From the NCBI GenBank assembly GCA_964016885.1, contig OZ024741.1:360778001-360842000 (forward strand): DNA of 64,000 nucleotides. The letters are read 5' to 3'. Origin of the DNA: Eledone cirrhosa. Taxonomy: Eukaryota. A program made the translations under genes and the position numbers. Of the stretch, positions 1 to 13,326 are shown piece after piece. The notes beneath the pieces were generated by a model, which saw only the letters and a program-made list of their open reading frames with translations, did not search any database and was not told the origin of the DNA. Position 1 is the first letter of the stretch; each line of letters starts with the position of its first letter.

Positions 1-840
1 TATTATTGTGATATTATTAACCATCTATAATATTATAAAGCTGAGTGTCGTGCTTATTATGTATGTATGTATCCTACACACCTCCCTATAATTTCTTAGC
101 TTTATTCTCTTCGTCGCTCTTCCCTTTCTCTATAATAGATCATTCTCCCTCTCTATAATTTAACTGCTTTACTCTCTCTGTCGCTCTTCACTCTCAAATA
201 TTATAAAGCTGAGCGTCGTCTCTCTCTCCCTCTTTCCACATCTCTATAATTTAACTGCTTTACTCTGTCTCTCTTCACTCTCTATATGACAACACTCTTT
301 TACTTTCCGTAGAGATGAGCGTCGTATGTAAATTCGGTCAACACATGTATCCTACACACCTCCCTATAGTTTATTAGCTTTACTCTCTATATAATTAAAT
401 TAATATATATATATAAGGGAAAAATATGAAATCGAAAATGCAACTGGAGTCTTATTTTTTAAAATATATATATATTTATTTGTTTCTTTTACCGGTTTCG
501 CAGTTCTTCTGCTTTTCAAAAGTAGAGTTGAGGTGGAGGGTCTGTGGTTTTTCTCACATCTAGTTGGTCTTTGAATGTTACTTGTTTTATATGGAAAAAA
601 AGTGGCTCGAAATGCCAGGTTTTTAGAGAAGTAATTTGATTGGTTGGTGAATAAGTATAATAAATTTCGCGCCAGTTCGCGTTACAAAATTCTTCAAACA
701 AAGGGAGGGCTTAGGTTGTTTTTTCATATATGAGTGAAGTTTTGTTGGTTGATGCAGTCATATATATATATAAAACACAATACATACATACATACATACA
801 TACATACATACATACATACATACATACATACATACATACA

Positions 841-3800
841 TTAGATGTAAATTGATACATCTAACGGAATTGAGTGATACTACAAATACAGCCCTTGTAG
901 ACAACCACCCCACCTCCACTGACAGACAAAGAGAATGGCCAGCTAAATCTAACAGTGAACAGTTCATCAACAATTTTGCTGAAATCCATCCCACTTCCAC
1001 TGAAGAACAGCGAGAAAGGTCAGCTGACTCTAGTAGTAATTGTCACCACATCAACAACGAGGCTGAAATTCATGACTCTACTGAACAAACAGAGCACCAA
1101 AAACTTGTGGGCTCCCTACAAGTGATATGGAACAATATGTTTCAAGAGATACACAGCCTTAATGTGAGTGACAGACCATATAACACTAGAGTCAGTAAAG
1201 AACCCACTAAATTGGAATTGGAAGCGGTGAACGAAATAGCTGGCAGTATCTGAAGGCTATACGATCTAAAGGTGTAGAAACGACATTTGAAACGCTTAAT
1301 GTTTTGTTATATGTTTCAGCTGTCACATTGCTATCATATAACACACATCTAAAACCAGGCAATCAAGATACAAGCAGAAAGCCTGAACCAGCGTGGATGC
1401 GAAATTTAAAATCCAAAATTTTGTTCCTGAGACGAAGTATCTCACACATCGCAGTCGTTATGAAATGCAACATAGAGAGCAACTTCACACGACACCAGGA
1501 AGACCTAAAGAAAAGGTTAGAGAGACGATTTGGAGATACAAAATTTAAAACTTTGAACTCCAAATTACACCAGTTGAAACAACAACTCACAGCTACAACA
1601 AAAAGACTGAAATATAAGTCAACAGCACATAAACGACAAGTGCTAAATAGATTGTTTGCCAGAGATCCTAAATCAGTTTATCGCAGCTTCGGTGGCAAAA
1701 GCTCAATCTCTGTAAATGACACCCCTTCAAAAGAACAGGTTGAGAGCTACTGGAGACCTGTATGGGAAACGGATGACGGATTCAACAGACAAGCTAATTG
1801 GCTAAAAGAACTGGAACAGGACTACTGCCAACATGTCCAGACAAAACAATATGACATAGATGGGTCAATACTGGAAACAGCTCTACAGAAAATGTCGAAT
1901 AGGAAATCGCCAGGCCCAGATCTCATTACAGGATACTGGTTGAAGAATTTCACTTTCTATCGGCAAGATCTCATACGGCTGTTTACAGAAACCATTAAGG
2001 GCACACAAGAACTGCCCAGATGGTTATCAACTGCCTCTACTCTCCTCATTCCCCAAAATAGCCAAACCACCCTTGCTAAAAATTACCGCCCAATTGCCTG
2101 CCAAAACATCATGTATAAATTATATACTGGGTGCCTTAACCTGTTCTTACAGGATCACTGTGCTACCAACAACATCATAACACCTGAGCAAGCTGGTGGA
2201 AAGAGGGAGGTGTGGGGTTGCATAGATCACCTACTAACTAACAAAATGATTCAGGAAAAAACAACAAAGAATCGCAGAAACATGACTGTCGTGTGGCTGG
2301 ACTATCAAAAAGCATTTGATAGTGTACCTCATGGGTGGATTGTTAAGGCTTTACAGTTAGCTAAAGTCCCACAACCATTGGTAGCTGCTGTTGAACGCCT
2401 GACCAAGAACTGGTACACCAGTTTGATCCTTAGAGGTGAGAAGGAGCAGGTTAAGACTGATAAGATACATTACCAGAAGGGCATCTTTCAGGGTGATAGC
2501 TTGTCAGTGCTACTCTTCGTTCTCTCACTGAATCCACTATCTTACCTACTCAGGAAACAAGGTGGACAAAGAAGTGGGCCCAGAAGTATCTCCCATCTTT
2601 TCTTTGTTGATGACCTGAAGTTGTATGGGCCAAATATCAATGACATCAAGAAACAATTGGACCTCATTACACAATTTTCAACCGACATCAAAATGAAATT
2701 TGGTGAGTCCAAGTGTGCATATTTGGCAGTAAAACGTGGAAGAGTTGTGCCCTCCTCTAGAAATCTAGAGATGAACGGCCTGACAATACAACCTCTGTAG
2801 TCAGGTGACAACTACAAATATCTTGGACAGGATGAGAATGTCAGATATGATGGACCCATAAATAAGGAGAGAACCAGAACTGAATACCTCAGAAGAGTAA
2901 AGAAAATATGGTCATCAGAACTGTCAGCATACAACAAATACATTGCCCACAATACTTATGCTGTGCCAATTCTAACGCCAACATTTGGCCTACTGAACTG
3001 GTCATTGCAAGAACTAAGTGAGATGGATGTTAGAACTCGAAAACTTCTCAGTGTTACTGGGAACTTTAACATCAATGGTGATGTGGATAGGCTATACTTC
3101 TCACGCAAGGAAGGTGGCCGGGGTCTAAAATCAATATTAACAACATATGAGACCCGGATAGTAACACTGAAGCAACACCTTCAACAGAGGAAAAAGGTTG
3201 GCAACCATCTTGCCCAGGTTTATGACCATGAAAAAAGAAATATCATTAGAATAGCGACTGATCTGGAGGAGAGATATGGAATAAAGCCTGATATAAATCT
3301 CTCACCCAGAGAAATCGGAAGATCCTATTCAATGTTCAAACAAGATAAAAAAATTGACCAATTTACAGAAAAAGTTGTGCATGGATACTTGAGGCGTAAA
3401 ACACAGACCATAGAGGGGATAAACCACTCAAAAAGCCTGGCATGGAGTTCCGACAAGTTTATGACATCACACCTTGAGGGATATCTCTATGCAATACAGG
3501 AACAAGAACTCCCTACCAAATATCTGCTGCACAAAAGAGGAGGGCCAGCAGCTGACAATAAATGTAGGCTATGTAAAACAAAGATCGAGGATGTAAGCCA
3601 CATTGTTGCCAGCTGCGAAAGAATGTCATCTCGCTACTACCTCCCCATGAGACACGATGGGATAGCTAGAACCATCTGGAACGCACTTCGGAAAACAAAA
3701 TTAACAACAAACGAGGAAGAATATATTGAGACAGATGGCACTAAGGAATACTGGTGGAACCTGAAAATAAAAACTGCCACCAAATTAAAGCACAACCGGC

Positions 3801-4216
3801 CTGATATTGTAGTTTGGGACCACACATTGAAAACGTGTTCTGTTGTGGAGATCAGCTGCCCACTTGATGTAAACGTTGTCAGAAAAATACAGGAGAAGGA
3901 GGACATCTACGGACCATTGATGAGGAGTTTACAAATCCAGTATCCAAGATACACCTTTAGCTTCATACCCATCATTATTGGTGCTACGGGTTATATACCA
4001 ACCCGCTTGGACCAAAGTATGACTGAACTTGGATTTGCGGACAAAAAGCGCAGCTCCCTAATTCATAGTCTACAAATGGCTGCGATAGCTGGCACCTTCA
4101 AAATTTGCAAAACATTCTTGCGATTCAAGGGATGACAATTTCTTTTCTTTTACAACCTTGCCACCAGGAAGGTGGCTGGTCAAAAAAATATACTCGAAAT
4201 TAAGAGAAAGAGAAAA
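841..4216 (+). mobile_element. R4/Dong-like non-LTR retrotransposon (RT, CCHC zinc finger, restriction-like endonuclease), disrupted, embedded in (TACA)n
   Basis: KSPGPD, NYRPIAC, DYQKAFDSV, GIFQGDSLS, FVDD; CRLC..H....C; RHD; RPDIVV..VVEISCP. One frameshift near 1250-1300 and an in-frame TAG at 2798-2800. (TACA)n on both sides. Confidence 0.9.
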
Positions 4217-4273
4217 CATACATACATACATACATACATACATACATACATACATACATACATACATACATAC

Positions 4274-4771
4274 AGGCTGCCAACTCGTTTTCGAGTATGG
4301 CCACTAATTTATATCCATGTAGGAGAACCCCTACCGATGCGCTGAACAAGTGTGACTTTTTAGTCCAGCCAGCGACTAGAAAACTCTGGTACAAACACTA
4401 CACTTGTGACAATTACTGACACACAGTGCTGGGCCCATTGAACCATGTGATGACAAGTGCAGAGAGATCTCCAGATATAAAGCAATGCCTGTGCCGTGAA
4501 GCTTTTATAGTGAGCAAAGGCGCTGCACAAAGCCAGTCCCACTCTCTTAACCAAGATGATATTTACCAAAAAGAAGAACAAGTCAACATCATTGGATACC
4601 ATCAGGGTTGCAGGTGTTATATCAGAGTTTTCCTTCTCCTAGAATTCTGCCTTGACAAAGGCTAAGGAGTCATCTCTCCCGGTGATTTTGGATGGCCATT
4701 GACTCTTAAGAGCCCCTTTGCCCTTTGACAGGTTTTGTTTTTAGTCCTGCAGGATGTCCAAAGTCACCCTC
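4274..4771 (-). mobile_element. Short non-autonomous RTE-derived element (5'UTR-like motif joined to RTE-type 3' end) with (TGTA)n tail
   Basis: The minus-strand end reads ..AILENELAA then (TGTA)n; the same terminus recurs at 4846-4885. The motif CTTAGCCTTTGTCAAGGCA..CTAGGAGAAGG is shared with 12765-12800. Confidence 0.55.
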
Positions 4772-4802
4772 ACATACATACATACATACATACATACATA
4801 CA

Positions 4803-4836
<34 letters not shown>

Positions 4837-4933
4837 CATACATGATGGCTGCCCCCTCGTTATCAAGTATGGCCATTGCACGAGGAGAAAAAAAAAATTA
4901 ATAAATAAATAAAAAATAAAATAAAAATAAAAA

Positions 4934-4974
<41 letters not shown>

Positions 4975-5022
4975 CACACATACATACACATACACACACA
5001 CACACACACATTCATTAATAAC

Positions 5023-5067
<45 letters not shown>

Positions 5068-5069
<2 letters not shown>

Positions 5070-8000
5070 CAATTTTTAGTGCCTATGTTTTTTAGAAAAC
5101 TAAGTCAGACATTCGAACACTACATTACAATGAAACTTATGCTTATTCATTTTTGGGGCCCTTTCTGCCTGTGTGTTTGTTTGTTTATGTGTGTTCGTAT
5201 ACAGCGTGGTGATAATGCCACACAAGGACCAAGTGGAACGGCGAATCCACAGATGGCTATGTAACCATACATTCGCCAATCCTCGATAAGTGTGTTTAAA
5301 TATCGAACATAAACAGTTCGAATAACGGTGAAATGGAGACTAGAACGTCATGTGACAGACTCTCACCCAACAGGTGCCCCCTGGCTCAGCAGCAGGAACC
5401 TGACTGTCAACCAAATACTGCTGATGTTGGAGGAAGAAGAAGAAGGAAAGGGGCCAGAACCAACTGGACGAAAGAATTGAATAGAACTGTTATGCAATGT
5501 TACCTGAAAAGTAACCCCAAGGAGAGGGGCTACAGGAGACGGATGCATAACATCTGGAACGAGATTGGTCTATTTAAATTAGATGAACAAAAATTGGCCG
5601 GGCAGGCTCGGATAATAAGAACTAATGGGTGGATAAGCGAGCTGGAACTGGAGGAACTGAGCAGAGAGAATGGCTTGGAGATGGCGGGTGTAGTATGCCA
5701 GACAAGCGAGCCAGTGGGGAATGAAGGTGAAGAGGTCCTGAGAACGGAGGAACCACCCGAAGCAGACAATGATCTGAATACTGAGATAAATAATACCTGG
5801 AACAGAGATACGGCCACTGAGGAGATGAATGCTGACGGGCTAGGACAAGATTCGGTTGACATCCTAAATTTAGTGGTAGATGAATTGAACAATGATAGTG
5901 GGAGACCTATGAACCTAAGATTTGTAGACAGGAAAAAGTTAAAAGAAACAACAGCTAAGGTAAACAAAGTCATCCCATACCTTGAGGCGAGGAGCCTTCA
6001 CCAGTGCAACAATATCCTCAAAGCAACAGCAAATACGGTGAGGAAACTACTTGGTATAAAAGCGAGAGGAAACAACAGACAAGAAAGAGCAGAGCCGTGG
6101 TGGAAGAAACGACTGAGTGGTCAAATCGGGGAAATGAGAAATGACATAGGAAAGCTTGAGTCACTACTGAATGGGACACTAAAAAACATAGGCACTAAAA
6201 ATAGACTGGAAATAAAGTACAAAACTAGGAGGAAAAAGCTAAATATTATCATAGAGGAACTGAAGCAACGGATTGTAGCAAGGATGTGCAAAAATCAGGC
6301 GATACGAGAACAGAGTCAGTCAGTATAAACAGAACCGCATGTTCGACAACAACCAGAAGATGCTGTTTGGACAGCTTGAGGGGAAAGAAAGAGGCAACGA
6401 CTTGATCCCTGGGGCGGAGCAAACTAAAACATTCTGGAGAGGAATATGGGAGCAGGATGTTAGACATAATGTCCAGGCAGGGTGGATTGAGACAGTACAG
6501 AGGGAGATCGGTGAGCAGGCACACCAACAAACTGATTTGAGTATCACAGTTGAAACTCTTAAGGGGCAGGCCAAAAAACTAACCAACTGGAAATCACCAG
6601 GCCCAGATGGTGTGCAGGGGTATTGGATTAAAAATTTAACATCCCTCCACCCGAAGCTGACGGCCATGTTCAATGACTGCTTGGTGTCGGGTGAGGTGCC
6701 AGAGTGGTTGACAAAAGGTACCACAGTTCTGATAATGAAAGACCGAATCAAGGGTAATGATGTTACCAACTATAGACCTATCACATGTCTGTCCGTAATG
6801 TGGAAACTGTTGACGAGCATTGTGTCTGAGGAAATCTACCATCACCTCCACACAAACAACTTGTTACCGGACGAACAGAAAGGATGCCGAAAGAAGTCAC
6901 GTGGTACAAAGGACCAGTTACTTATTGATAAGATGGTAATGGGGAATTGCAGGAGGAGACACACTGATCTTGCCATGGGATGGATAGACTACAGAAAGGC
7001 ATTTGACATGGTGCCTCATTCTTGGATCACCAAAAGCCTGGAGATCTTCAGGGTGGCAGATAACATCAGACAGTTGCTGGGCAGGAGTATGGGGTCCTGG
7101 GAGACAGAGTTGACATCAACTGGAGTATCCTTGGGAAGCGTGAAGATCAAGAGAGGTATCTTCCAGGGAGATAGCCTGTCCCCTCTGTTGTTTGTCCTTG
7201 CCCTGATGCCATTGACCATTATGCTGCGAAAAGTGAGAGCAGGATACAAGTTGGGAAAGGGAGAGCTTACCATCAATCACCTCCTCTTCATGGACGATCT
7301 TAAGCTCTTCGGGAAAAGTGAGAAGGAGTTGGATGTGCTTGTTGACACTGTCCGTATTTTCAGCAGTGATATATGTATGCAGTTTGGTATTAGTAAATGT
7401 GGAGTCATTGTGATGAGGAGGGGTAGGTTGAGCAGAAGTGACGAGATCCAGATACCAACAGGTGAGATGATAAAGGAAATTGACTCTGAGGAAGGATACA
7501 AGTATTTGGGCGTTCTGGAGGCCGATGGCATAAAGAACAAAAAAATGAAGGAATTGTTAAGAACTGAATACATTCGGAGAGTAAGGAGCGTATTGAAGTC
7601 ACATCTGAACAGCAGAAATGCCATAAGCGCAGTAAATTCCCGAGCTGTGTCTATTATTAGGTACAGTGCGGGAATTCTGAGATGGAATGTTGCTGAACAA
7701 AAAGAAATGGATAGGAAGACTAGGAAGCTATTGACTATCTACAACATGTTCCACAAGAGGAGTGATGTCGATAGACTCTACCTAAGGAGATCTGAGGGTG
7801 GAAGAGGTCTTATCAGCATAGAGGACTGTGTTCAGATGGAGAAAAACAACCTATACAAATACGTGACCTATAGTAAGGAGCCAATGCTCAGAACTGTACT
7901 GAAGGAGGGGACAGTAGGCCAGGGGATGTCCAAGGAGGAAATAACATCAAGGAGGAAGAGCAGCCTTAAGGGAAAATCCCTTCATAGTACCTTCTTTGAG

Positions 8001-8800
8001 AAAACTGAATTTAGAGATCCACAGACATGGAACTGGTTGAGAAGAGGAGACCTCAAAAAGGCTACAGAAGGAATGCTAATGGCTGCGCGGGAGCAGGCCC
8101 TCAAAACGAAGTGGTTGAAGCACCATATTTACAAGGAGGAGGCTAGCCCACTGTGCAGGATCTGTGGAGAGAGAGAGGAGACTGTGGCTCACATTGTGTC
8201 CGAGTGTAAACACCTAGCCCAGACCCACTATAAGGGCTGGAGACACGATGTGATGGGCAGGGTGATCCACTGGCACCTGTGCAAAGTAAACAATTTACCA
8301 CATTCTGAGAAATGGTATGAGCATAGGCCAGAGGCGGTGATGGAGAACAATCAGGTGAAGGTGCTGTAGGATTTTAGGATACAGACGGACAAAAAACTGG
8401 AACACAATAGACCTGACCTGGTGGTTGTGGACAAAGAAAAAAGATCGTGTCTGATTGTGGATGTGGCCTGCCCTTTCGACACGAGAGTGCAAGAGAAGGA
8501 GAGGGAGAAAATTAACCGATACCAGGACCTAAAGTGGGAGGTGAAAAGGATTTGGAACTGCCATGAAGTCAAAGTGATCCCGATTGTCATAGGCGCACTG
8601 GGGACTATCTCCAAAAGTTTCCAGGGATGGTTAAAGAAAATCGGCCCCTTCACGCTTTTTGGAACGCTTCAAAAGGCATGCTTGCTTGGAACAGCAAGAA
8701 CCCTCCGATACGTCCTGAATATCTGAGGCTGCAGGTAGTGGCTTGATATTCATTCCAACGGACTTTCCAGTAAACCAACATCAATGACTGAGATTCAAGG
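5068..8800 (+). mobile_element. R4/Dong-like non-LTR retrotransposon, near full length, embedded in (TAA)n
   Basis: N-terminal NWTKELNRTVMQCY..RGYRRRMHNIW domain; RT (WKSPGPDG, GIFQGDSLSP, FMDD); CRICGEREETVAHIVSEC; RHD; RPDLVVVD..IVDVACP. Frameshift near 6290 and TAG at 8367-8369. (TAA)n at 5015-5067 and (AAT/AAC)n at 8801-8850. Confidence 0.92.
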
Positions 8801-8919
8801 AATAACAACAATAATAACAACAATAATAATAACGACAACAACAATAATAATATACATATACATATATATATATACACATACACGCACACACATAAACATA
8901 TCTATACACACACACACGA

Positions 8920-11900
8920 TAGCAACTAACAGCGCTGCGATCGAATGTGGCTTTTTAGCCCAGCCAATGATCTAAAATGTCTTGCACAGAGTCGGCAACC
9001 AAAACATTCACTGGGAATAGTCGGCTGTGGCTGGAGTTCGTGTACTTTTGCATGTCGCTTGAGCCCTCCTGCTGATTTACATTCTCTACCACATGTTTGG
9101 CAAGCATGATGAGTAGCATCTCCAACAGCAGCCTGGTAGTCAACCACTGGTCTTACTTTATGACTGCGAAGATGACTTTCGAGTCCAGCTTTGCTTAGGC
9201 AGAGTCTCGCACAGACGCTGCATGTCAGCACCATAGGAGGACCCTCGCCGTCTGGAAGTGCAACAGCAATGCCCTTCCTCACATCCCGCTTTACTTTCTC
9301 GTATGCGATTCGAGATGCCTCAAAGGCAACTTTTCCCTCATATACAGTCTTTCTTCATTTATTACGAACAGCAGCAATATTTTCCCATGTATCAGCAGAG
9401 ATGTTAGCGTCTTTAAGAGAGGCTTTCAAGGAATCCTTATACCTCTTTTTTGGTTTATGTGGCGGTCGTTTTCCTTTAACCAACTCTCCATAAAAGAGTT
9501 GTTTTGGTATTCTAGAATCCTTCATCCTGGCAAGGTGACCACTCCAACGGAGTCGTTGCTTAAGCACAAGAGCTTCTATACTGTCACACAAAGAGCTTTC
9601 CAAAATCTCGACATCACTGATGTGGTCCCTCCAGTGAACGCCATGGATCCGTCTGAGACACATCTGATGGAAACGCTCCAATTGCTTAAGGTGGTGTTGA
9701 TATGTGACCCAAGTCTCGCAGGCATAAAGAAGACAAGAGAGTACACATGCCCTGTACACCTTTACCTTTGTCCTCCTGCATATGTCTCGCCGACCCCAGA
9801 GTCGCCTTTCTAGCTTTCCGAAAGCATCACTTGCTTTCCTAATCCTAAGTGAGATTTCACTGTCAAGGTTGCTGTATCGATTGACAGTGCTTCCCAGGTA
9901 GACAAACTGATCAACCACTCCAAGTCGTTTACCATACACATAGATATTTGGTTCAGTGTACTGCTTACCAGGGCCCGGTTGGTACATGACGACGGTTTTC
10001 TTGAGACTGACAGTCAATCCTAGAGCAGTGAAAGCGTCAGAAAATGCATTCAAAATGTGCTGCATATCACTCTCTGTGTGAGCTACAAGATCTCAATCAT
10101 CTGCATACAAGAGGTCTCTTATAATTGATGTAAATACTTTTGTCTTTGCAGCAAAGCGCCTGATGTTAAATATGCTGCCTGAGGTTCGATATCGGATGTA
10201 AACACCATGCTCGCAATTCCTGAATGCAATACAGAAAACCATTGCAAATTATATGGCAAACAGGGTCAGTGCTGGAATATCCCCCTGTTTCACTCCATTT
10301 TTGACTGAGATAGGCTCCGACATGTTACCTCCGACATTAACCCAAGCCTTCATGTCGTCATGGAAAGACCTAACTAAAGCAAGGAACTTATCAGGGCAAC
10401 CAAGTTTCTGGAGAACCTTCCATAATGCATCTCTGTTAACAGTATCGAAAGCTTTTGTCAGATCGACAAAAACCTGATACAGATCCAAGCCTTGTTCCAT
10501 GCACTTCTCCTGGAGCTGTCTAGCTGAGAAGATCATATCAGTAGTGCCGCGTCCAGCACGAAAACCAGATTGACTTTCAGGAAGAACACAATCTGCAATG
10601 TGTGTCAGAAGACGGTCCAGAAGCACCCTACATAAAACTTTCCCTACGACAGAAAGCAATGATATACTTCTGTAGTTCCCACAATCATTCCTGTTACCCT
10701 TTCCCTTGTACAAGACCACCATTACTGCATCTCTCCAGTCCTCAGGTACGGATTCATTAGCCCATATCCTGCCAAACAAAGAGTGAAGATGTTGCAGGAG
10801 TCTCTCACCACCATATTGTAGGAGTTCAGCATGTATGCCATCCATACCTGGAGATCTTCCACTGTTCAGCTTCGAAATAGCCACTACAACCTCCACAAGC
10901 GTCGGAGGTTCTGCGAGAGCTACTTTCACAGGACTTTCTGGAATGAGATTGAGGAAATCTTCACTGACGACAGACGGCTGATTCAAAAGATCATCAAAGT
11001 GCTCTCGCCACCTTCGTAGAATTCCTTGTGAGTCACGAAGAAGTTCTTTGCCATCCTTGCTGCGAAGCGGTGTCACCAGAGAAGAAGACGGTCCATAAAC
11101 CTCACGCAAGAGACTGTACAACAGCTTTGTGTTATTGGAATCTGACGCAGTTTGTATCTCACCAGCCTTCTCACTCCACCACTGATCCTTCATCTGAGAA
11201 AGACTCCGCCTAACACGTGATTTTACATCCTTGAGTTCCTCATGCAACGTATTCCTCTCCTGTGGTTTAGCCGTCAAGTAGCGTGACAGAGCACGCCTCT
11301 TATCAGCCAACAAGTCTTCTATATGTACATCATTCTCATTAAACCAGTCCTGATGTTTTCTCTGCACCAATCCCAGAACACGCCTGCCTACATCATAAAC
11401 CGACTTTTTAAGGGTCGGCCAATCCTCACCAAGATCTGCAGCCTGCATCTCTTCTTCCAATGTCCTCTTCACATTTTTATCCTTAAGACGAGCAGCATTC
11501 AATCTTTTGGGCAGGGCAACACCAGGAGCCCGGATTTTACGTTTAGTGATTAGTTTCACTTTTGCGCGTACCAGGCGGTGGTCCGTCCAGCACTCAGTTC
11601 CACGAAGAGCACGAACACACTGCACATCCTGTCTGTCACGCATCCTGACTAAGACGTAGTCCAAAAGATGCCATTCCTTAGATGCAGGATGCGTCCATGT
11701 GGTCTTGAATTTGTTCTTTTGTTGGAACATGGTGTTGGTAACACACAGATCCAGCTCCTCACACATCTGCAGCAGGAGCATACCATTGTTGTTACACTTT
11801 CCCACCCCATGCCTTCCGATTACATTCCATGTGTTAAAATCTCTACCCACTCTAGCATTAAAGTCACCAAGCACGATGACTTTGTCTGCCTGAGGGATAT

Positions 11901-12420
11901 TTCTTAAAACACCTTTCAAGGCATGGTAAAAGGACACTTTTTCTTCATCGACAGAATTCATAGTTGGAGCATACACACTCACCAGGGTCGCATATCTTCC
12001 TCTGTCCAGCGGAACTCTCATGGACATAAGACGCTCACTAATCCCTACTGGGAATTCTTCTAATTTATTCACAAGTACAGTCTTAACAGCAAATCCTACC
12101 CCAGCCTCTCTTCTGGTTCCTTCATCTCTTCCTTTCCAGAAGAATGTATATTCTCCACAAAATTCTGTAAGATGACCATCTCCAGCTAACCTCGTCTCAG
12201 ATAAAGCCACGATATCAAGATCGTAACGTCGAAGCTCCTTTGCAACAAGAGCGGTCCTTCGTTCAGGACGCTCCAAGGAATCCCTGTCAAGCAGCGTCCG
12301 TACGTTCCAGCAGCCAAGACTAAATGCCTTGTTTGACTCTATTACAATGGCACGATGACGAGCGGGCCCAGGCTGTGATAACCTGGGGCCCCTGCCCTTA
12401 TTGCCAATTATCTTTTTTTG
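8920..12420 (-). mobile_element. RTE-clade LINE (AP endonuclease, RT, three C-terminal C2H2 fingers), with nonsense mutations only
   Basis: CWNVRTL, ALSETR, GDFNARVG, TDHRLV (APE); FVDLTKAFDTV, GVKQG, LYADD (RT). The three ORF pieces are in one frame, broken by stops near 10250, 10094 and 9356. Confidence 0.93.
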
Positions 12421-12530
12421 TTCCAGAACCTAAATTGCCAATTATCTCTTTTATATTGTTCTGGAACATCATTGAATTGGAATAAAAAAAAAATAAATTA
12501 AAAAAAGTAATAATAATAGTAACAATAATA

Positions 12531-12564
<34 letters not shown>

Positions 12565-12599
12565 GTACACTATTAATGATTATTAATGCACTCGTGCAA

Positions 12600-12870
12600 T
12601 GCCTGTGCGTGACGAATATTTTTAAAGTAAGGAAAGACTGTGCACTGAGCCAATCCCACTCTCTGAGCGACAGTAGCTATAACCCGAAAAGAAGAAAAGA
12701 TCAACATCATCGGTAACTACTGAGCAGCAGGTTTTATGTCGGAGTTAACCCAGTTTCCTGAGATGCCTTCTCCTAGAAGAATGCCCTGACAAGGGCTAGG
12801 GGTTCTTCACTCCCAGTGGTTTAACTGCGCGATCGGGCATTCAGCCCGATTATTTCTATGTCCCCGCGCA
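12600..12870 (-). mobile_element. RTE-type 5'UTR-like repeat, possibly the detached 5' end of the 8920-12420 LINE
   Basis: Shares the CTAGCCCTTGTCAGGGCA..CTAGGAGAAGG hairpin motif with 4630-4680; same strand as, and upstream of, the RTE ORF. Confidence 0.4.
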
Positions 12871-13179
12871 AAAAAAAAAAAAAAAAAAAAAAAAATCACT
12901 TATTAACACTTATACGTACGACATACACACAGGCGGATACATATGCGCGCGCGCGCACACACACATACATACGCGCGCACACAGCAACACTCATACATAC
13001 AAACAAACACACACACGCTACTCACTTACACACATACACGCACATATATATATATATATATATATATTACCGTCATTACTGATACAAGATTACAAGATTA
13101 TGTCAACTGTTGACTTTCAAGAGTTTGTATAGTTGAAGCCGTTCGTATTACAGTCCAGTATTATTATAATTGCTTTACA

Positions 13180-13326
13180 GCATAGAGTTATGGCTCTCCA
13201 CGCTCTGAGCTCAAATCCCGCCGAGGTCAACCTTGCCTTTCATCCCCACGGAGTCAACAAAAGAGAGTTCCACTGATGCGCTGGACCAGTCGCTGGATCC
13301 GTGCCAAAAGCAGAAAAATTATTATT
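13180..13326 (+). mobile_element. SINE copy (tRNA-derived family), degraded
   Basis: gagctcaaatcccgccgaggtcaaccttgcctttcatcc core shared with many copies in the window. Confidence 0.7.
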
